Counted from the first letter of the stretch, positions 33,837 to 45,550 are shown. The stretch: DNA of 64,000 bases from Diplonema japonicum (GCA_964019335.1 OZ025672.1:248001-312000), one strand, 5' to 3'. Notes: generated by a model not told the origin, from the sequence alone. Numbers and translations: made by a program.

Positions 33837-34028
33837 GAGCTCGCCCGGAAGAAAAGAAAAAGAGAAAAGAGAAAAGAAAAGAAAAAAACTAAAAATCTTC
33901 AAACAGAAACTATCCGGCTTGACGACCGTACCTGTCGTGAGCCCGACTGTTTCATCTTAAAGATAGCTAAAGAGGCCCCATTACCCCCCCCAAAAAAAAA
34001 GTGTGAACATGTTTCCGCGGACGAGCTC
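33837..34028. mobile_element. Short, degenerate member of the GAG..CTC MITE family
   Basis: gagctcgcccggaa ... gtgtgaacatgtttccgcggacgagctc resembles the 21480/22120 TIRs; no intact TSD. Confidence 0.6.
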
Positions 34029-34052
34029 AGGATAAAAAAAAAAAAAGAAATG

Positions 34053-34088
<36 letters not shown>

Positions 34089-34248
34089 ACATAAAAAAAA
34101 AACCCCACGCATATCAGGGTTATAATGAAAAATCTCCCAGAGAATTCTGACCTCCCTTTTTTTTTCCCCTTGTGTGTGTGTAGTTTTTCGAATTGCAGCC
34201 GACAAAAAAAACCTGCCTCTTTTCCCTTTTTTTTTTTTTTTACTTAAC

Positions 34249-34923
34249 TCAACAAATCACATTTTTCTTGGGGATGATAAATGTAAGAACATGCATTAAT
34301 AAGTCTTGGTACGTGTTGCTTAGCGCAAGCCGCCAGGAAAATATGAGGAGAAGAGCTTCTTTAACAGCGCAGTCCCACTCTAGGGAGAGGAGGAAGGAGA
34401 TCTGCTGAGGGGACTTGTCAAGAGAATGCATGGCACCAGGTCGTCTGTCTCGAACTAACTGCACGGCTTCGCTCGCAAGCTTCCTTTCGGAGACTATCAG
34501 GAACGCTGCCAGGAGGCTTCCCGTGGCGTTGAGAGATGGGGCCGAAACAACAACGGATTTCCCCTTTTTGTTGATTTCGTTGATGAACAGCAAGCTTTCA
34601 TGAAGGACCTCCTCCGAGAGCATCACACCTGTGGTGTTGGATATGAGGTAGCATTGCAAGCCGCCTATATCCGTTCGCGTCCCTACAGCTTTGCCTCCTT
34701 CTTTGCCTATGCCTGTAACTGCAATGACACCCCCCACACCTCGTTTGCTCAGAGCCTTTGCCGCAGGTGAAACGTGCCCCGGAGTGGACGGGTCGAGTTC
34801 CGTGCACGCTGCAAGACGTTTGTCTACAACATAAGAAAAAAAAGATGGACACCCTTCAACATCCCCACAGCACCGTAGGCTCCGAAGCGACATGCTGGGA
34901 CAGATGCGTCTTCTCCGTTTCAT
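34249..34923 (-). CDS. Dual-specificity phosphatase-fold protein lacking CX5R (pseudophosphatase)
   Basis: FINEINKKGKSVVVSAPSLNATGSLLAAFLI...EAVQLVRDRRP aligns with the DSP pattern VLVHC..G.SRS...AYLM...A...VR.RRP. Confidence 0.7.
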   Translation of the reverse strand: MKRRRRICPSMSLRSLRCCGDVEGCPSFFSYVVDKRLAACTELDPSTPGHVSPAAKALSKRGVGGVIAVTGIGKEGGKAVGTRTDIGGLQCYLISNTTGVMLSEEVLHESLLFINEINKKGKSVVVSAPSLNATGSLLAAFLIVSERKLASEAVQLVRDRRPGAMHSLDKSPQQISFLLSLEWDCAVKEALLLIFSWRLALSNTYQDLLMHVLTFIIPKKNVIC

Positions 34924-35051
34924 TTTTTTTTTTTTTTTTTTTTTCGCACCTCTGAAATTCTTAAAAAATCTGAAAAAGTCAGTGGGGGAAAAAAAAAAAG
35001 AAAAAAAAAATCATTGAGTTTTGACTTCCCCCCCCCCCCCCCCCCCCCACC

Positions 35052-37028
35052 TCAAGATGTCCGGAGTTTTTCTTCCAATGTGACCGTTTCCAACTTTACC
35101 TCGCCCTTCCCCATGGGGCTCGACGGGGGTGTGAACGTCTCGTACTTGATTGGCCCCATTGTTTGAAAGTACCTTGGGCGTACCGGTTGTTTAATTTGAA
35201 CTTTTTTCCTCCTCCGCAGGAACTTGGAAGGTCTTTTGTACCGCCCGTCCAACGAACCCTCAAGCGTCTTCAGGTAAAGATCGTCCCGATGCCCCACCAA
35301 CTGCCGCAAATCGAAGATTTCAGACAGAAACGACGCAGGAGAGCTCCCAATAGGCAAAGTCGCTTTGATTTTCAATGAGGTGGTATGCGTTGTGCATTGC
35401 TTTTCGGGTGCCCCATTGCATTTTATTCTGTGTTCCCCACATGTCCAGCATCGTGTTGCGGAGGCTGGGTTAGACTTGGCACATGGGATACACTGCCAAG
35501 GAGATGTGAACAGCAACGATTTAACCCCTTTAAGGTTGAGATGTGTTCTTGTCGATCGAAGCATCGAAACGTCATTCCACGGCTGCACCCATTCAAACAG
35601 ATTACCTGACCTCGCTTCGACCGTTACGTTGCTAGCTATACCAACAAGCTTTCTATGTTGTGACTTAGGTAAATGGCTGCCGTTGAAATTCTCAAAATCG
35701 ATGTTGCTACGGTTGAGGACTCTACGAAGGTCGGGGAATGCAGTGTGTGTCGTGTTGAAGCCCAATGTCTTCAGAACCACCTTATCAATAGAATACTCGT
35801 TGTGAACCTTACATTTTACAATATCACCGTTTGAGAGTTCAACAAGATCACCGGGTATGGATCCTTCATGGCTGATTTTCAAACGCTCGCGGGCTAGCTG
35901 GTTCCAAACGGATGCCGCTGCAGCTTGTGTGAATCTGTTCAATACTGTGTCGGGTACTGCAGAAAGGGCTTTTGGAGACCATCCGCGGTACATTGGTGAG
36001 TTGGCCATGATGTCGAGAATGTCCTTGATCCACCCGTACTTTCTTGGAATCTGGTTGTAAAATCTTGCGGAGAATCGGTTTCGCTCTTTGTTTTCCAGGT
36101 CTTCTTCGGCAGATTTCAAACCGTAGTTAGCTCGTGTGACATGTCTTATGATTAAACGAACTGCTTCGTCGTAGTCAGAAGATAGTATCTTCTTCCCGAT
36201 TTCGATTGATGCAGGGTGGCTAAAGACACCTGCACCGGCGTGAAGTCCGACCTGATCCCAGTTGATGTAGTTTGGAAACATCGACCCGTCGTCGGACATG
36301 AGATAATTGATGTGTTTTAAAAGTTCTTTTTTGGGGATTTGAATCCCTCGGAGGACAACGGTGGTGTCGATGGAATTGAAGTTTTCTGGTTGTTGATGTG
36401 TGACGCCGCTTACCGTCATTGTGTCAGATGTCAACGCTTCCTTGAGCTCCGCTGGTGAAGCGTTTTCTACAACACACCAGATGCTGTTAACACCATGGCA
36501 CCAATCGACTGGGTTTATAGGTGTTATCGATGCGTTTTTGAGAGCTTTCCCAGCGTTTATTATAGCTTGTGGACCTCCCAAAGTTAGGTTGTAATAATGC
36601 AGCAGAAAATACAGTTTCGGGTACTTCCTCATAACAGACGTATCGGGTGCGACAACGTGTTGGACTGGTACCGTTTTTGTTGGCTTTCGTTTCACGTCGG
36701 AGGTGTGGCACCCATACAAACATTGTATTCTTTCGGAGCCCCCCCCGACCGGGCGGGGGTGTGCCTCCATGTAGTTCGACATTTCATCATAAGAGTGCCG
36801 TTTCTCTATGCAGTCGTGGTACAGCTGCCGTGCCCTCTGAAAGTACACGTCACGTTGGTTGATATGGTGCGCCTTCAAACCCATTGGGCCTCTTGCGAAG
36901 CTGTACTTGCCTCCCTCATCGTATTTGAAACGCCATATTTCCGATACCTTTGGCTGTTTAATCTCCAGATCCGACTTCATTCTTTGCACCAGCCACATGT
37001 TCCCGGTCATGGGGGTTCGCTTTAGCAT
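35052..37028 (-). CDS. Degenerate TruD/PUS7-like protein, probably mitochondrial
   Basis: FPNY, IGKKILSSDYDEAVRLII, VWNQLARERL, PGDLV, LPIGSSPASFLSE; no GTKD motif; MLKRT-type N-terminus. Confidence 0.75.
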   Translation of the reverse strand: MLKRTPMTGNMWLVQRMKSDLEIKQPKVSEIWRFKYDEGGKYSFARGPMGLKAHHINQRDVYFQRARQLYHDCIEKRHSYDEMSNYMEAHPRPVGGGSERIQCLYGCHTSDVKRKPTKTVPVQHVVAPDTSVMRKYPKLYFLLHYYNLTLGGPQAIINAGKALKNASITPINPVDWCHGVNSIWCVVENASPAELKEALTSDTMTVSGVTHQQPENFNSIDTTVVLRGIQIPKKELLKHINYLMSDDGSMFPNYINWDQVGLHAGAGVFSHPASIEIGKKILSSDYDEAVRLIIRHVTRANYGLKSAEEDLENKERNRFSARFYNQIPRKYGWIKDILDIMANSPMYRGWSPKALSAVPDTVLNRFTQAAAASVWNQLARERLKISHEGSIPGDLVELSNGDIVKCKVHNEYSIDKVVLKTLGFNTTHTAFPDLRRVLNRSNIDFENFNGSHLPKSQHRKLVGIASNVTVEARSGNLFEWVQPWNDVSMLRSTRTHLNLKGVKSLLFTSPWQCIPCAKSNPASATRCWTCGEHRIKCNGAPEKQCTTHTTSLKIKATLPIGSSPASFLSEIFDLRQLVGHRDDLYLKTLEGSLDGRYKRPSKFLRRRKKVQIKQPVRPRYFQTMGPIKYETFTPPSSPMGKGEVKLETVTLEEKLRTS

Positions 37029-37129
37029 TTTCTTTTGTTATACCCCCCTCCCTCCTCCTGCAGTGACGGGATCGAATTTTTTGTTTCTTTTTTTTTTTTA
37101 AAAAAAGAAAAGGAAGTCGATCAATATTG

Positions 37130-38644
37130 TCATGTGAAGGAATACTTGCCGGCGTTGTCGCGCTCCATGTGGTTCAGCGTGAACCTCTCGTCACACCAGA
37201 GACCCTTCCCCTTGTTCCCTGTGTAGTCGTGGATGATCTTTCCCTTTGACCTGTATGTGCCTGCTTGGGCTTGGTAGGAACCTGCTAAAAATGCCTTGCT
37301 TGCACCTTTCTTTTTCCCCTTTGATCTGACTGGCAGCGCACTGCCTGGGGGGGCGAACTCAGCGTCGCCGATGCCGCGGATCCTGAACTCGTTGGTGCGG
37401 CCGGAGCGGGAGGTGAAGAGGCGGTTGCCTTGCCGGCTTCCACCAGGGAGGAACTCGGCATACTCCACATCCATACCACGGCCAGCACCCTCAACAGGTG
37501 CATAGTAGTGTGACTGCACGGCAGGGACGTGGTCCGGCAGCGTGATGTCCCTCATGCTGCGCACCCTGCAGAAGTCGATCATCATCTTGTAGCTAAGATG
37601 CGGCGACCGTGCCACAGCGTTCTTGATCTTCTTCCCCGGTGTCAGGTTCTCAGACACATCGTCACTGTACTGTGCGGACATCCGCATCTGAACGTATTCC
37701 GAGGGCGTGGCGCCCGTTGCCTTGTACCTGTCGTAGAACATCCTCGAGTGGTGTTTGAAGCCCATGTCCAAGCACCCGATCACAGTCATTTCCCACGTTG
37801 CAGGGCGGGGTATGACACCCTTGGCGTCGATGACCCTCCAAGTCTGAAGCACCGTCGGCAGCTCGTTGTTCTTGAACGTGCTGTGCAGCACTGCTTCGTA
37901 CGAATCGCAGTTCGGACGTGCCTTTGCAAGTTTTAGTGCCTTCAAGAGCTTCATGCAGGACTGGATGTCGCCGGCCTCTGCAAAACACCACATCAACCCG
38001 TTCACAAGCGTGACGTCTGTGTGCCGCTTCTCTCTGTTGGGGTACGACTCGAACACGTTCTTCCCTGTCTGCGTGTCGCCTGTCACACTTGCGCACCGCA
38101 GCATGGCACTGTGTGCACGCATCCCTACCTCGTGGTCTGCCTTGAGTGTGTCCCACAGCTGCAGCGTGTCGTGGTACGCCCAGTGCAGGGCTGAGTCTTT
38201 CTGGGGTGTGGTGAGAGTCAGCTCACCAGGACGGCTTGACGTAATAGTCACCTCGTGTGCTGTGGTGTCCCCTTCCATCCCTTCCAGCATGCGCAGCACC
38301 ACGTGGCTGTGAGCGATCAAAACAGCTGATTCTTGCTTCGTGCACCGCCATTCGGGATCCCTGTCCCGAACGTCCTTGAACACTTGGTAGGGGTGCGGCG
38401 CATCGTCTGCCGTCAGCAACCCGCCAAGACCGACCCCAAACCGCAGCCTTTCAGAGTAAGAAGCCTCCTCCTCAGGCGGCTGGGGGACCTTTATCAGTGA
38501 GGATGCTGCAGCACAATGTTCCTCGTTCGGCTTCTCATCTTCTCGCACCCTCTCACACATGTTAGGCAGTTGCGTGCTTCCCGCAGGCGGCTTGTAGCTT
38601 CTGAACACCGACGCATACCGCCTTGATGCCCGAAGCAGCATCAT
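37130..38644 (-). CDS. Pentatricopeptide-repeat protein, probably mitochondrial
   Basis: 35-aa repeats (DVTLVNGLMWCFAEAGD.., PNCDSYEAVLH.., GVIPRPATWE..); presequence-like MMLLRASRRYAS from 38644. Confidence 0.85.
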   Translation of the reverse strand: MMLLRASRRYASVFRSYKPPAGSTQLPNMCERVREDEKPNEEHCAAASSLIKVPQPPEEEASYSERLRFGVGLGGLLTADDAPHPYQVFKDVRDRDPEWRCTKQESAVLIAHSHVVLRMLEGMEGDTTAHEVTITSSRPGELTLTTPQKDSALHWAYHDTLQLWDTLKADHEVGMRAHSAMLRCASVTGDTQTGKNVFESYPNREKRHTDVTLVNGLMWCFAEAGDIQSCMKLLKALKLAKARPNCDSYEAVLHSTFKNNELPTVLQTWRVIDAKGVIPRPATWEMTVIGCLDMGFKHHSRMFYDRYKATGATPSEYVQMRMSAQYSDDVSENLTPGKKIKNAVARSPHLSYKMMIDFCRVRSMRDITLPDHVPAVQSHYYAPVEGAGRGMDVEYAEFLPGGSRQGNRLFTSRSGRTNEFRIRGIGDAEFAPPGSALPVRSKGKKKGASKAFLAGSYQAQAGTYRSKGKIIHDYTGNKGKGLWCDERFTLNHMERDNAGKYSFT

Positions 38645-38760
38645 CCTAAAGAGGTGGGAATATGTGACATAAAGATAGAAAATAAAACCCTCCGTCATTC
38701 TGTTAAGAAAAAAAAAGGGGAGGGAGGGGGGGGAGGGGGGGAGAAGAAGGTGTCATCCAT

Positions 38761-39048
38761 TCACCCTTCCCACATGGAAGTGAGCACATCCCAGTCATCT
38801 CGAAAAACTTCAGACAACATGTGCACTGTGGGGATCACCACCACGGGAAGCACCACTAGAATAACAGGCAGCACACCCCATTCTAGGGGATTTTTTTTCC
38901 TTTCCGTTAGTGTGACGTGTACACCAAGACAAGTGTACACTTGCGCGGCAAGAAAGGAAAACCAGCCCCAGGCTTCCGATGAGAGGAAGACCCCTACTAA
39001 AACCAAGCTCCCTAAAAGGGTACCGGCTATCTGGGACTCTGAGGGCAT
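38761..39048 (-). CDS. Small hydrophobic membrane protein
   Basis: ATG-initiated 95-codon ORF nearly free of homopolymers, on the cluster strand, with 2-3 hydrophobic stretches; may contain an in-frame mini-intron. Confidence 0.5.
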   Translation of the reverse strand: MPSESQIAGTLLGSLVLVGVFLSSEAWGWFSFLAAQVYTCLGVHVTLTERKKNPLEWGVLPVILVVLPVVVIPTVHMLSEVFRDDWDVLTSMWEG

Positions 39049-39966
39049 AGATAGATTGTCGATGCAATTGTTTCCCCTTTTTTTCCCCCTTTATGTACTC
39101 ATTTGCAGCCTGTTAATTGATATTTTGTTTCTGTAAATGAATCAATCGTTAAAAGAAATAAAAAAAAAAGAGGGGGGAATGCATAAAAAAAACAGCAAAA
39201 AGGAGAGGGGAAAAAAAGGGGGGGAGAAAGGGAACGGGAGTAAAAAAAGGGGGGGGGGGGAGGGAGTGGGAGGAAGGGAAATGATTTTGTACTTTATTTA
39301 TTTTTTTTTTTTTAGTTCGGTTTCGTTCCGCTCTCGGTCGGACAGCAAGTGGGAAAAAAAATAAAGGGAGGGTAAAAAAAAAAAAAAAAAAGAAGAAAAG
39401 AAGAAAAAAAAAACTAATGAATACCCTCAATCTCAATGTGTTCGGTTTTTTTTTTTTTTTCCCCTTTTTTTTCCAATAACAGGAACTGCCAAGATAGGAG
39501 AGCGGGAGAGGGGCCTTTTCCCCCTCAGGAAAAAAGAAATGTATCCAGAAAACGAATCTATAAATTTTCAATGGTGTTTCGAACACATTAAAGATGTGAA
39601 GCATGAAAAAAGATCTTTTTAAATTAAGAAAGTGATCGGCAAATCTTTCTTTATTCGGAAAAACACCGCCCACGGTAAGCAAAAAAGAAAATATAATAAT
39701 CCCCCCACCGTTTCCTTAAACTTAATGTAGCTTGAGGTGCAAAAAAAAAAAAAAAAAAAAAAAAAGAAGAAGGCGTGGATGGCGGAAAGAAAAAATTTCC
39801 CAAAAAAAAAAATAGTTTTCAGAGTTTTTGTGAATATAGGTAAAATTGCTTGCAAACCTTGGTTAGGGAAAAAAAATTTCTTTTTGCAAAACGTGAAAGA
39901 TGTTTTTCCTTTTTTAATTTAAAAAAGGGGGGGGGGGGAGTTTAAATGAGAAAAGGGTGGGAAAGC

Positions 39967-40004
<38 letters not shown>

Positions 40005-40334
40005 ATGCTATCTATGAAAGACAAAAACGGAGAGAGAATGGTTTTCTTTTTTTTTTCTTCTTCTTGTTTTCTTCCTCCTTCTTTTCTATTCCAAGCACAC
40101 CCCTCTTCTTTTTTTTTTTTTTAAAGTTTTAATCTCTCATCACCTCTTCCCTGCCCCCTCCTTCAAAGAATTCTGTAATTCTTTTTTCTTTACCGATATT
40201 TCTGCACACAGTGTGGCCCAGTTTCAAGAGAATAGGGCATTGTATAAAACACCCAAAAGAGAAAAACAAAAATGGTGGAGCAAAGAGGAATAAAAAGAAA
40301 AAACATAAGAGAAAGAAATACTCCTCTAGGGTAC

Positions 40335-40367
<33 letters not shown>

Positions 40368-40764
40368 AAGAGAGTATTTCATTTCCCCTTATTTTTCTAT
40401 TTTCCTTTTCCCTCCCCCTTCATTTTTCTCTTTCTCATTCTCCTTCTGAAACTTTACCAGGAAGAATATCAGCCAAGGAAGGTGGGGGGGGAGCGGGGGA
40501 TATAAAAGATTCGGGTCGGAAGAGGGGGTAAAAGAAAAAAAAAAAGAGAAGATGTAACCAAAGCAAATGACACAAAAAAAAAGGAAAAGAGTGGCCTTCT
40601 TTGTTTTAAGTAAATTAATAAAGAATGGCTTTAAATTTTTTTATTTTTCCTCGGGGAGAGAGGGGGTGTCATCTATCAAAAAAAAAGAAAATTAAGGATC
40701 TTCAGAACCTTTTATTTATGGAAAAGCGGTAATGGGAAAAAAGGGGGGGATAGATTCTGCCAAA

Positions 40765-40796
<32 letters not shown>

Positions 40797-41576
40797 AAAA
40801 AAAAAAAAACAAGTGTCGGTTTTCTCCTTGTTCGTACTGTACTGATTACACACAACAACAACAACAACAAAAAAAAGAAAAAAAGAAAGCAGGAAAAAAA
40901 AAAGGTTGTGACAGCAAACAAGAAAAGCGGTGCTTTTCATATAGCAACAGACAGAATCATTTTTCACAAAAAAAAAAAGACTGCAAGCCACAATGAACGC
41001 GCACTAACAGGTGAACTTGCGGGTTTGCAAGAAAAACAGAGTGGGGGGGGGGGGGGGGTGGAAGGGAGCTTGCAGAACAAGGAATATTAAAGAACTTATT
41101 TAAGTAGGCGGACGGGTGGAAAAGAGACAATGGGTGCAGGAAACACACCCGTCGGTTCTCTGGTACTCCCTTCGCAAAAAAAAAAAACATTTTTTTTTGT
41201 TTTTTTTCTTTTTTTTTTTGTTCTTTTTTCTTCTCTTGTCCAAAAAAAAAGTGGGGTGGGGGAAGCCAATGGCATTTAATGGACTCAACCAAAAGGGGGG
41301 AGAAAAGGAAAAAAAAAAAGAATAAAAAAAAAAACAATAAAAGAAAACCATGCCAGCACCGAGGAGGTTTGAAGAAGGTTCCCCTTCTCCTGGCCGGTCC
41401 CAAGTAAAGCACAATGATTTTCTTTCCTTTTTGTTATTATTATTGTCATTTTCCTTCTTTTCTTTTTTTCTCTTTCCTCGTTTCAATGCCCCTTTTCGTG
41501 TTTCGGTTTTTTCTCCCTCTCTTCCTCGGAACGGGGAAAACTTCTTTTTTTTTTATAAAGTTTTTTCTATCAACAC

Positions 41577-41607
<31 letters not shown>

Positions 41608-41722
41608 CAAAATGGTAAAAAAAAAAAAAAAAATACCCTACCCCCCCCGTCCTATCCCTATTTAGTTTCAAACAGATAATAATAAAAAAAAAAAAAATAA
41701 TAAAATAAAATAAAAAAAAACT

Positions 41723-42772
41723 CTAGTTAGAAGACCCCGAGTCACACTCCGAGTTAGTTGTGGACCTCTGCCTACCAAGCTGGAAGGAGTTCCAAGATTC
41801 AGGGCAAAGAACGCCCTCAGGGTCGGTCTCGGTGGTCCAAGCCGCATTGATAACACCCTCTATCGAGGTCATGGGAGGCTCGGCAAGCGTGTGAATCGAA
41901 ACATCACCCTGCTCCGCAAAAATCTTAAACCTACGAAGGCCAGGCGCATACACGTGCATAGTAAACGCAGGCTTGTCGGTAGTGTTGCACACCATGTGCA
42001 GCCCGATATCGTTACGCACATAGGCACAATCCCCAGCACGGAGTGTGGACACGCACTTCTCTCTCAACGCGGTGCATCTACCTATAGCATTCCCTGTTTC
42101 TATTGTTGAGTCGTATTTTGGCACGTGGTACTGGATCTCCTTAACCTCACCCTCAACACAGTATGCCCAGCAAGACGATTCGTCGTGGTCGTGAATAGAC
42201 GATTTACACCCAGCAGGCCAGCACATCAAGATAACGTCCATGAACTCATTGCTAAACATCAGGTTTCTCGTGTATTTCTTCGGGCTAGGGTCCCAATGAA
42301 TATACCTCTTCCACTCCTCGTCACGCGGGTACCATTTGCAGATTTCCCTTCGGGTACCTTCGACATCATGTGAAGCGTAAGTTTTGGATTTTAACGTGCG
42401 CTTGAGGTACTCGATCATGGAGGCCATGGAATGGCAGTCTGGCATGAGGCACCCGCCTGTGAATTTTGTGTCCTTCCCCACAATGACGTCCATAAGTAGT
42501 TCGTATGCGTCGTTTGCTGGGCCCATTTTGAACTTTTCCATGTCGTCCTTGCCTGTGAAGGTGACGCAGAAGGCTACCTCGCCCTCCTTAGGGTGGCACA
42601 CCTTGATGTCCCTGATCCCCGTTCGCATGCTGTAGAAGCCGTGGGCCACCTCTTGAACGATGACGTCGAACTTCTCCTCGAAACCCGGCTTCGCTTCGTA
42701 CCCAAACATCAACACCTGCTCGCCTGTCCCGTTGGCGTGGCAGATCTTACGCTTCTCACAGCAGCTTGTCAT
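41723..42772 (-). CDS. CDO1: Cysteine dioxygenase type I with an N-terminal ABM-like domain
   Basis: YTRNL, CW..G..SSIHDH..S.C, Y.RNDIGLH.V.N, MHVYAP; ATG (MTSCC) at 42772. Confidence 0.88.
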   Translation of the reverse strand: MTSCCEKRKICHANGTGEQVLMFGYEAKPGFEEKFDVIVQEVAHGFYSMRTGIRDIKVCHPKEGEVAFCVTFTGKDDMEKFKMGPANDAYELLMDVIVGKDTKFTGGCLMPDCHSMASMIEYLKRTLKSKTYASHDVEGTRREICKWYPRDEEWKRYIHWDPSPKKYTRNLMFSNEFMDVILMCWPAGCKSSIHDHDESSCWAYCVEGEVKEIQYHVPKYDSTIETGNAIGRCTALREKCVSTLRAGDCAYVRNDIGLHMVCNTTDKPAFTMHVYAPGLRRFKIFAEQGDVSIHTLAEPPMTSIEGVINAAWTTETDPEGVLCPESWNSFQLGRQRSTTNSECDSGSSN

Positions 42773-43022
42773 TTCTTTTTTTTTTTTTTTTTTTGGTTTT
42801 GTTTTTTTTTTTTTCCCCCCTTTTTTAAAAAAGAAAAATAAGGTGTGGAGAAGCGGTGTGCAAGAGAAAAAAAAAAAAATCCCAGGGATCGTTCGAATCA
42901 TCCCTTTGTCACGGAACACTGCCGGGCTCTTTTTTTTTTTTTTTTTTCTTTTAATCCTTTTTTTCCTTCTTTTTTTCCCCTTCATCAGAAGTTCTTTTTT
43001 TTTTTTTTTTTTTTATAGTATC

Positions 43023-43686
43023 TCATGCCGAACCGAAGACATGATCCATGAACAACACAGTTGGGTTGCTGTCTGTTCTTCTCAGCTTTTGCGGAAGGGG
43101 TACTTCGGTGGTGCTGAAGACGGGAAGGATTGGCTGTTGTTGCGCGTGAAACACGTGAGGGGTGACCGTAGGCTGCACCATGGGCACGGGCTCGGGAGGT
43201 GCTGTGTTGAAGCCCCCTTCGCTGGAAAGGTGCTCGGAGCGAGGGGAGTACTTGGACAACTTCGTTTCGACTTTGTCTTTGTAAACGTTACCATATTGGT
43301 ACCTTTCTACCTCTTCCCCGTTCTCCATCCTGGCGCCTTGCTGTTTAACGTACCTTGCGAAACCCCCGTAAATGGTCATGGTCTGCACAACCTTCTCAAA
43401 ATATTCCTCTTGTGCCTGCGCTAGTAGAATCATGAATGGGACGGTGCTCGCTGGTTTTTTTTTTTTTTTTTTTAAATTATTCCCTCCAGTGTACCTAAGC
43501 ACCCGAGCACCCTCGATGCAACATGCCACTGCAGTTTAGCAGCCTGTATCTGGATCAGTTTTTCGGTTGCGCTTTTCGACAAAAATCCGAAGTTCTTGTA
43601 AAAGCCCGCGTCGTTTCTTGTCCCGGTGACCCACCATGTGAAGAACAGACCTTTTTTTTTTTTTTGTGTTTTTTTCTTTTTTCAGG

Positions 43687-43717
<31 letters not shown>

Positions 43718-43993
43718 TACCTGAAAAAGTCCCCTTTGACAGCCATGATTGCTTTCTTATAAATTTCTCCATATCTTGCTTTTCCACCGTGTTCAACTTA
43801 TACCGTTTCTGCTGCCTCCATGTGTGCAGCAGCTTCACCCTCCTTTCAGCCCGCGCTACAATCGGCCAGTTAGCCGACGGTATTAAATAAAGCTGAAGGT
43901 GGGGAAAATTGTTGTTTCCCTTCCCCCTTTTTTGTGTTGAAATACCTCTGTTTGCGCTCGCCCCTTGGGTATGAATTGATTTGGTGCCGCCAT
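43023..43993 (-). CDS. Four-exon hypothetical (membrane?) protein: exons 43993-43946, 43892-43721, 43650-43495, 43450-43023
   Basis: Three GT-AG introns (53, 70 and 44 nt) give one open frame: MAAPNQFIPKGRAQTE|LYLIPS..KGTFS|GLFFTWW..VLGCL|ASTVPF..FGSA*. Confidence 0.78.
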
Positions 43994-44124
43994 TTTTTCT
44001 CTTTCTTCCCTCCCCCACCCTGAAGACGGCAATATATAAAATGAATACCAAAACAAATACAAAAACAACAAAAAAAAAAAAAAAAAACTTTTATAAAACA
44101 TTGTCTAAAATCGGGCAGACTAAC

Positions 44125-44604
44125 TCACGCCTTCGGCATCGAAGAAGGCAGCCCACAGCTGTCAAGTAGCTCCTTAAGCTCCGCAAATTTCTTCATAACG
44201 TCATCATCGTCCTTATAAGTGTCCTCAATTGTCAACAAATCGGTTGTTTCAACACCATATTTCTGCCCTATCTGGGTGGCTGACCCCATGAAGATCAGAG
44301 CCAACATAGGGTCCTCAGACACGTGGCAAGGCAGGTTTTTTGCCTTTCTCTCTTCGAGGGTGTCTTGCAAGGTGCCTTTGCTTTCTTGAATCGCTTTCAG
44401 AATGGTTTCCCTGTCCGGGATTTGTCTCGGTTTCGGTTTCGGCTCAGGTTCTGCTGCCTTCGGGGGGCTCTGTTCTGGTTTTTTTTCTTTCTCTGGGGTT
44501 GATTTTTCTGGTTCCTTCTGCACGGTATTGGGTTTGTTCTCATCTTTTTTTTTCTCGTCGCGGGTTTCAATTACTTCACCCTTTTTACTCGAGCCACAGC
44601 CCAT
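44125..44604 (-). CDS. Small N-acylated protein (MGCGSS dual-acylation motif)
   Basis: ATG at 44604; MGC motif, K/E/P-rich linker, helical C-terminal domain. Confidence 0.8.
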   Translation of the reverse strand: MGCGSSKKGEVIETRDEKKKDENKPNTVQKEPEKSTPEKEKKPEQSPPKAAEPEPKPKPRQIPDRETILKAIQESKGTLQDTLEERKAKNLPCHVSEDPMLALIFMGSATQIGQKYGVETTDLLTIEDTYKDDDDVMKKFAELKELLDSCGLPSSMPKA

Positions 44605-45518
44605 TTTTGTGTTTCCTCCCCACCGGCTCCCCCTTCTGTGTGAATAACTAGAAAAGAAAAAAAAATGATAACTGGAAAGACACAAAAGAAAAATAAAATA
44701 CCTACTGCAACCAAATGGGGCAAAAAATAAAAGATAAAGACAACGTGTGGGAGGGGAGGGGGGGGGGGGAGGGGGCTGTGGAAGTAAACAAAAAAATAAT
44801 AATGTAGGGGGAGGGGGGGAAATATCATAAAAAGAATTTAGAGAACGTAATCACTGAATTGGTGTTTGATGGTTTTTGCTTTTTTTTTTTTTTTTTTTTT
44901 TTGTTTTCTTCCTTTTTCCTTCTATTCTGTGTTAGGCCGTGACAGGGGGAGCAAATAATGTAGCGTGTTTTCTTTTTTTTAGTTTCCCTCCGGAAGGTGC
45001 CATTGCACGGACGGGGGAGGAGTTTTCTTTTTTTTTTTTTTTAGTTCAGAAAAAATTACATTTCCCAAACAGACAGTTTCGCTGGTACAGAAGCGGATTT
45101 TTGCCTGTTAGTCGTTCAAGCAGACTGCTGGGGGAAAAAAAAAATTTATATTCTGGTCGAGAAAAAAAAAGGAAAACCCACCCCCAAAAAAAGAAGAAGG
45201 CCTGACAACAGCAAAAAGCGAACAAAAAAAAGGAGGGGGGGAGATGAAAATAACAAATGGTGCCAAACTGAACTTCACCCCTTCGTCATTTTTTTATATT
45301 TTTTTTATTTTTTTATTTTTGTTTTTTTTTTTTATAAAAAAAAAAAAAACAAAAATCTGCAGCATTTTTTAAATGCTACTGTGGAATATGGTCAAAAATC
45401 ATAAAATTTACTGATTGAACTACATCTGCTCAAAAAAAAAAAAAAATAATAATAATAATAATAAATGACGAAAGAGTGAAATAAGAAAAGAGAAAAAAAA
45501 TGCTACCTACCACCTATC

Positions 45519-45550
<32 letters not shown>

